Shown: piece by piece, positions 33,351-39,995 of the stretch
How the letters are laid out: the number at the start of each line of letters is the position of its first letter
Position numbering within the stretch: the stretch's first letter is position 1
Source: Asterionella formosa
Taxonomy: Eukaryota
DNA length: 39,995 bases
Assembly (NCBI GenBank): GCA_002256025.1
Contig: NKIB01014869.1
Span: forward strand, 1 to 39,995
Direction: 5' to 3'
Program-made: the position numbers and the translations under genes
Notes under the pieces: generated by a model
Databases searched by the model: none
What the model was told of the DNA's origin: nothing
The model's input: only the letters and a program-made list of their open reading frames with translations

Positions 33351-34139
33351 ACCATACCTCGTGAGGGCACGCATTCTCTATTAATTTTGAGCTACTATTT
33401 TAAAATTATTTGCGCAGAAAGTTCCTACTGGCTGAAATGGAGAAGTGGTCAGCGTGAGCTCCTGTACCTGACAATGGAAGGAGAAGACATGCCTGAGTTT
33501 TCCATCTGGAAAGAATACTTTTTGTTTCTGGGTGGATACATGTGTTGCAAAGTGATTGTGTGGCAGGAGGGGTGACAATGCAGTCATTATTTATGACATT
33601 TCAACAATGTTGATGAGGACCCATGATAATCCCACCTCCAATAAAAGAAAATTCAGTTTCATTGACAAAGCAAGGAATATTTATGTTATAGCAAATGAGT
33701 CTTGTTGATTGGTGGACCTCTGGCGATGCCTGGCTTCTTTTTGCATAACTTGAAAAATACAGCAATAGTTGCAATGTGAAGAACATTGTCATAAACAGAA
33801 TTGAACTAATTAAGTCAGTGAACCGGAATTCAAGCAATTGGAGACTTGTTGTAGAGGAGGGGGATAAGGAAAATACATCCAGCTAAAATGATATATTTGT
33901 CATTCAACAAACAAGGTGTATGTATATGGTGATTGCACTACACAAATTTGTAAATAAAGCACACAATGGAATGAGATGGACATGGCAGAAGTGCATCATG
34001 CACTCTATTAGTGAAATGAACGATGTTGGTATCAAAGTCTACACGAACTGGCAATCTTTACAGCGTTCTTGGCATCGTCGAATCATTGTTACTAGTTGTG
34101 ATTATACTCTCTTGAAGGCACCATCATTCAAGTAATCAA

Positions 34140-35230
34140 TTCCTTCATTTTTCCGGAAGCACCCAGATGCTATCATGGATGCATTTAAACGATATGGATT
34201 GTGTTAATTGATGCATTGTTATGTGCATGAGAGCTTGATACCAGCTACAATGAAGAGTCTTGGACAGGCATTTGAAGATGACAGAACAAACAACAACAAT
34301 TTCGGGAAAAATTTCATGACAGCAGCAATGAAGAACAATTATTTAAAGAGAAATGGATTAAAGTGTATATCTATGTCTACAATAGTACGCTAGATGCATG
34401 TTGTTGGATTCAGGTACAAAAACAGAGCAACACACTTTTTGTAGATGTTAATGAGAAGGCTACAACTTTGAATTATAGACGGTATCTCGATTTGGAGGTA
34501 GCTACAGGCACACAGATGGATTCTGTTTTTTCGAGTCTAAGTTGCGAAAAATTCAATTGAAACTAAACAAGTAATCGAAGAAAGAAGGTTGGTTGGGTAA
34601 GTCAAAGGGTTTGTTGCAGGTGCTATGGGAGCAAGGCTTCATTGATGAAAAAATATTGAAAAATACAAACTTACTGGAAAGAAGAACGATTTTGGAATGA
34701 TTGATAAATCAACAAGCTGAGGAGACATTATGACAATGTGCTCTGACTTCCTTCGTGAGCAAGGAACAATGATGGAATGCATTGGGCGGAAAATTGGAGT
34801 GGAAGTTATCTTAACTCAAAATGCCATCAGAACTTGCAGGTGAAGGAGTGGAATTCATGTGGACCTGGTGCTCCAAGAACCACTATCGAAATCTAGCTAT
34901 CATAAAAAGTAAAGAAAGGGAAAGGCAAGTTTACAGAAGCAGTTAGAATGGGTTTGTTGGCAGATATGAATACATTGATGTGAATAAGAAGATTCGCAAA
35001 ACGAGCAAGGCAATGTTTGATTGCTTTCTATGCAATTGATAGTGGTCAAGTCAATACAATAAATTCACTAAAAATGCGACTTCCAGGTCAAGTCAATACA
35101 ATAAATTCACTAAAAATGCGACTTACATGGACCTGTTGCCATTCAAAAGTTGATAGGCAAGTTCAGGACTCATTGCTGCACAATAGACTTTGATTTTAAG
35201 TTTTTTTATCAGCATTGACAATGATGATAC
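34140..35230 (+). mobile_element. Decayed DDE DNA transposase, IS630/Tc1-mariner-like
   Basis: Frameshifted motifs CWIQ, GWLGKSKGLLQVLWEQGFID (~34590-34650), CSDFLRE..TMMECIGRKIGVEVILT.KCH.ELAGEGVEFMW..SKNHYR (~34740-34890) and THCCTIDFDF (~35170). No TIRs identified. Confidence 0.7.
35044..35124. repeat. Tandem duplication, period 42 bp (39 bp identical)
   Basis: ggtcaagtcaatacaataaattcactaaaaatgcgactt at 35044 and 35086. Confidence 0.95.
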
Positions 35231-35377
35231 TAGATAATGAAAATGGAATGAAAAAAATTGAACATGATGACTCTACTTTTATGTGTGCAAAACTAATGTT
35301 TGGCATTGCAAAATCAATAACATACTGCAAGGTATGAGCGGCTACCTGCCGATGTACTATGGGGATGCACCCAGCCA

Positions 35378-35690
35378 TACATAGACTCTATTCTTACCAA
35401 AAACGTACCATATCAGAGATTCTCCCAATTCTACAGTATGACCGTATGGTACTATAGCTAGCTAGTACCAAATACTCGAAAGGTACAAAACACCTGCATC
35501 ATTCTTTTGTTCTATTGTTTCTAGTAGCACAACTAATGCCCAAGTTTCATCAATTGTTGTCTGGAATGTCCACTTTGTTCTGATTCATCAATAAAGCAGA
35601 CTTCATATACAGACTCCAGACAGGTGACAATCAATGTGAAAATCATGACATACATACCACATCTTCCCAATATGTATGCTTGACAAACCC
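35378..35690 (-). pseudogene. Decayed duplicate of the 3' end and 3' flank of the BT1 transporter gene
   Basis: Aligns with ~36066-36340 (tacatagactctattcttacca...ctaatgcccaagtttcatcaat...ggtgacaatcaatgt.aaaatcatgac), with indels and substitutions. Confidence 0.9.
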
Positions 35691-36192
35691 TATCCTCCAG
35701 GAATTTTCATAGTGCCTCTCTTTTTTCGTCTCTTTTTTCATTTTTCTCTTCTGTTCTTGCTGAGGACTTGAACTGTTGACCTCTGGTTTTCACATACATC
35801 CATGTACCACTTGTACTAACAAGCATGCTACCATGTTAAAATTTATGGCACTTCTTCCTAGCACACTACAGACTGCCCTGGAATGACCAGTCAAGATCTT
35901 TCTTGCACCACTCATTTGTATATTACACTGCTATATAAATACTGTCTATTTCCATTTAGATAGTCCTTAGACTAGTACATCTAGTCTTCAAACACCTGTC
36001 AACATCAACAGCCTAAAAGACACATTCTGAGAGGAACTAGCAGTAGACTGAATCACATTACCAGTACATAGACTCTATTCTTACCATTATACCATATCAG
36101 AGATACTCCCAATACTCCAGTGTGGTACTATAGCTAGTACCAGGTACTCGAAAGATACGAAACACCTTTATTGTTCATTCGTTCTATTGTTT

Positions 36193-38382
36193 CTAATGCC
36201 CAAGTTTCATCAATCGTCTGGAATGTTCACTTCGTTCTGATTCATCATTAAAGCAGACTTCATACACAGATTCCACAAAGGTGACAATCAATGTTAAAAT
36301 CATGACTGAAATAAATATCACACCTTTCCAATAATGTTTTTGCGTATCCGCTTGCAGTATTCGTTGATCCTCCTTATCCTTGGGAATAAGGTGGAGTAGC
36401 AAGAGAGGGATTGGTCCAACAACTCCACAGAGCAGTGTTAGCTTCCAAATACCCTCATAGCCGCCATTTGCAATAGTCTCAGAGGATACATCCCAAATGA
36501 CAGTCAGTGCTGTTGAGATGTCAAAGGCCAAAGACCCTGCCAAGTTACTCCAAGTTGTCAGCATAGCATAGGTTGTTCCTTCACTTCCCTTGGGACACAG
36601 TCCCAAATACATTATGCACATGGGGAGAAACTGAACTGCAATGACAAATTCAACCAAGACATCATCTCCCATACTGAACCAAATGTCCGGAATGCCAATT
36701 AGTCTATTGATACCAAAGACCAAAATAATTTGACCCAATGCTATACACGATGCCAAGGTGGTACACCAAAAATACACCATTCTCCAATTGGCTCCAAAGA
36801 AGAACTTTTCATAAGTCATGATCCCAAACCATGCCATGACAGACCCAACAACACCCACAAGGCCAATCTGCCATGCCGAAAAGTCGAGTCCTTCCACCAA
36901 AAAGTTCATCCAGGCGGCATTGGTCAATTGCAATGCATTGTAAATGTACACAAACGTCATGGGTTGCCAAACTGCTCGAAGTTGAGCCGTGGCGAACAAA
37001 TCGTAACACTGAATAAAGAAGTTCTTGGGCTCGCAGTTGGTCTCCAATTCCAAAAGGTATGGTACAAACGGCAATAGGAAAAGGAGAGGAAAGGCACCAT
37101 TGATCAAGAAAACAACGTTAATGGGCAGGTACCAACTCCAATCATCCTTATTGTATACAACAGCTCCAATGGATGCCCCAATGACAGATCCAAAAAATCG
37201 AATAATGTATCCCTTGGACTGCATGGTTCCACGCTTCGCTTCCGTCTCATAGCGACTACGTTCAACGATGAGAGCATCTGTCATAACGTCGGCTAACATG
37301 TACCCTGCCGTTTGTGTAAATACCAAGAGAATAACCATTCCAATGGACGGCTGTGGTGTAACAACGAGAATAAAGTTGGATAGAATATACAGTACCCATC
37401 CAGACATGAAATATGGTTTTCGACGCATGCCAGAAATGGGAACACAATCTGACAAAAATCCATAAATGACTTTGAAACACCATGGGACGGCCACTGTAGT
37501 GTGTGAAACAAGAGTAGGTGGTGGTGGTGGAGGTTAGAAACTTGTCGCTTGCAGAAAATGATACTACCGGTATTTGCAGTGTCAAAAGCAACAACTTACT
37601 AACAGTAAATAGCACATTCACTTCGGCAGCAGTAGCATTCAAATCCTCAATCAAGTAGACAATCAAGGGTGTTCTTAGCAGTTGCAGCGCAATTCCGATG
37701 CAAAAATAACTCAACGGAATGGCTACATTGGGCAAAGAGAAAAACTCGTACATCCAACCTGGAGGCGTGCCGGTCGCTTTCATCTCTTCTTGTTCGGCCT
37801 GAGTTAGGGGGGTGTATACCATGTACCCGAACCAATCGTGCAAGTAAACACTGGACCACGCAATGTAGCCATCCTCCAGGCGACCATCTATCCGTGAAAC
37901 AAACTGTGAGGTCAAAATAATACAATCGTTGTGTGACGATTACAGAATAGAGCTCACTATCGAAAGCAACAAACAAACTTACACCACCGCTTCTTGATCA
38001 TCTTCCCGGATGGTTCAAACTTGATGTAATAGGGTCCCTCATAATACGGGGCCTTCTGTCCATGACTGTCAAAGACAAACGGACCAGTCGACGAATCATC
38101 GCTCCTCATACTCTTCATTGTGATCATACTAATCGGAGACATGGGTGGCGGTGAGTACGGGTCCTGCGGTGCTGCCGCAAATTCCAGATTTGGGCTGGAA
38201 GTTCCCTGTGTTTGCGATGCAGGACTCGCACTGATAGTAGAAACAACAGTAGCAAAACCTAGCTGAATGGCCAATCGTCTCGCTTCCGCATTGGCTCCAG
38301 CAACGTCCAAGTCTTCTTCCTGTTTCCTGCGGGGTCCAGCTTCACCTCCACCCAGCAAGGCATCGGATGAAACAAACGTCAT
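36193..38382 (-). CDS. Folate-biopterin transporter (BT1 family, MFS), ~662 aa; exons 38382-37983, 37887-37600, 37493-36193
   Basis: Two phase-1 GT-AG introns (37982-37888, 37599-37494) give KKRW-Y-GRLED and LFTV-M-AVPW. BT1 motifs: PWCFKVIYGFLSDCVPISGMRRKPY, ADVMTDALIVERS, LCPKGSEGTTYAMLTT. Confidence 0.9.
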
Positions 38383-38817
38383 CACAACTTTAGCAGTTGT
38401 GGCAATGTTTGTATGACACTAATGCACACAAACAACTGAACGTTAATATATACAGTAAGCTACAATGACGGTATTTGCGGGAATGCGTTTCGTAGCAGCA
38501 GAAGAAGCAAGAGCGGAAGCTTAGAAGATTGATTTTGTTTCGATGATTCTTGGCTTGTGGTTCGCTCCATTCTTATTCCTCACAGCACTCGCAATTTATG
38601 TATGTATATGTTTGCTATATTCAGAGATGTGGATAATGTTTTCATGCAAAAGGCACCAGCATCGCCATAAATAGTCTTATTTTATCCATGTACAGCTGTA
38701 TAATTAGAAAAATAAATATATTCGTGTACTAAGATATGTTCCGCCTTGCTCCTTCACTTATTGAGCATTGGTTTGAATTGGGTCGCCGACTGTAACGGCC
38801 ACATAAAAGGATCTCAT

Positions 38818-39275
38818 TTACCGGTACTTCTACTCAACTGGGTATTGGGACCTGGTACCTACTGACAACTTATTTAAACGACATCATCATGTCAACTGTT
38901 CTACCGGTACCCTGGTACTGGTACCAGGTACCAGATCCTTGAGTACTTGGCATCAGGGTATGTACCAGGTACCACGTGCTCCCCTCATCAGGCGGCACGG
39001 AGATCAGCAGCCAAGTGGCTGCTGTAATTGTGATGATGCGAAATATTTAGCTTTTAAATCCCATGTTGATTGTTGATTTAATATAGTAAAAGCAAAATGC
39101 TTTGCAGGTTTAACCAACTCCCACCGCAACCAAGCACTACCGGTACCTGGTACCTATTACCGGTAGTCTACCCTGGTCCCTGGTCCCTACCTGGTACCAG
39201 GGGTACCTGGTGAACTGGTACCACACCTATTGGTACTACCTTTAGTCTACGTAGATAGCAGCACCTACGTACCTA
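38818..39275. repeat. Cluster 7 of TACC(W)GGTA palindromes
   Basis: Dense taccggta, tacctggta, taccaggta and ggtacc copies between the BT1 start and the terminal ORF. Confidence 0.9.
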
Positions 39276-39995
39276 CTGTCGCCAGGTCGTGCGGTGCCTT
39301 GCATCAAGTTCAGCCAGAGTTGGTGGCTGACCTAGACGCAAAACATCACTGCGATGTTTGTTGCACATGTAGACATTAATGACACGGAAGTATGTGTTGA
39401 TGCAGGTCACAGCATCTGGAGGGGTTGACTTTGCCTGTGCCTCATTCTTTTTCGCCTTTTTTACAGGAGGGTTCACTTCCTGCCTCTTGTTCAAACTGAG
39501 GATCGACCAAAGACTCATGTGGCTGCACTGCTGTTGCCTCTTGAACTTTGTCGTTCCTTTCATCATTATCATCTTCGCAATCTTCATCAACTTTGAATTC
39601 CTCATCATTAATTGATGAATCTTTGTGATTATCATTATCACTTTCCAATTCAATGTCTGATTCATTGACATTGAAAGATCTAGGGTATATCCTCTGTGAC
39701 AAGCTGTCTCTCTTCAAAAGTCGAGCAATCAAAGCAACAGTGAAAGTCTTCTTCGCATTTTTGTATCCAGAAACTTTGTATCTGACGCAAATTTTTCGGA
39801 GAACCTTGACCGAGATTGTCTGCTTCATTGCAACACCTTTGATGAAAATCACCTTTGTCCTTTCACTATCAAGCACAAAGTCATCAGGAAGTATGAGGGA
39901 GTCAACAAATCGATCGACTTCAGTATCTGTAGCAAGAGACTGCATTGTATTGTTGAAGGTGGTGGGTCGATCTTGATATACAGTGGTCTCCACAT
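39273..39995 (-). pseudogene. Frameshifted ORF of unknown function, 5' partial, possibly TE-associated
   Basis: The 183 aa ORF (basic helical segment, then acidic tract) appears to continue in another frame near 39480 as PPVKKAKKNE...YFRVINVYM...GQPPTLAELD. It ends where palindrome cluster 7 begins. Confidence 0.4.

Noticed and set aside
4459..39275. Palindromes as cloning or restriction artefacts (KpnI, AgeI) or Dcm sites
   Set aside because: Degenerate variants, 5' positional bias and presence in an intron argue for genomic origin, though raw reads should confirm this.

Overview
Eukaryotic nuclear DNA, most likely a diatom (inferred from 80-140 bp GT-AG introns, a bipartite plastid presequence, CoDi-type Copia motifs and diatom-type LINE motifs). 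About 13 intact genes: partial MscS channel, small type II membrane protein, FAS1 protein, small secreted protein, GT47 exostosin, ssSPT, NAPE-PLD, membrane-anchored JmjC protein, a 4-exon ricin-like/chalcone-isomerase-like membrane protein, a SthA-like flavoprotein, RRP4, a Cas1p/RWA O-acetyltransferase and a BT1 transporter. Between them lie decayed repeats: an RNase H-containing LINE, a Ty1/Copia remnant, an IS630/Tc1-like transposase remnant and a partial gene duplicate, several showing CpG-type decay. One assembly gap (7332-7916). The most unusual signal is a family of short palindromes, TA-CC(W)GG-TA and variants, in seven dense clusters. The clusters lie 5' of genes, often at gene/repeat borders. 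The motif also forms tandem arrays and a perfect 30 bp palindrome, and appears as an indel between two local duplicates. All protein family calls come from motif recognition by eye, not database searches.
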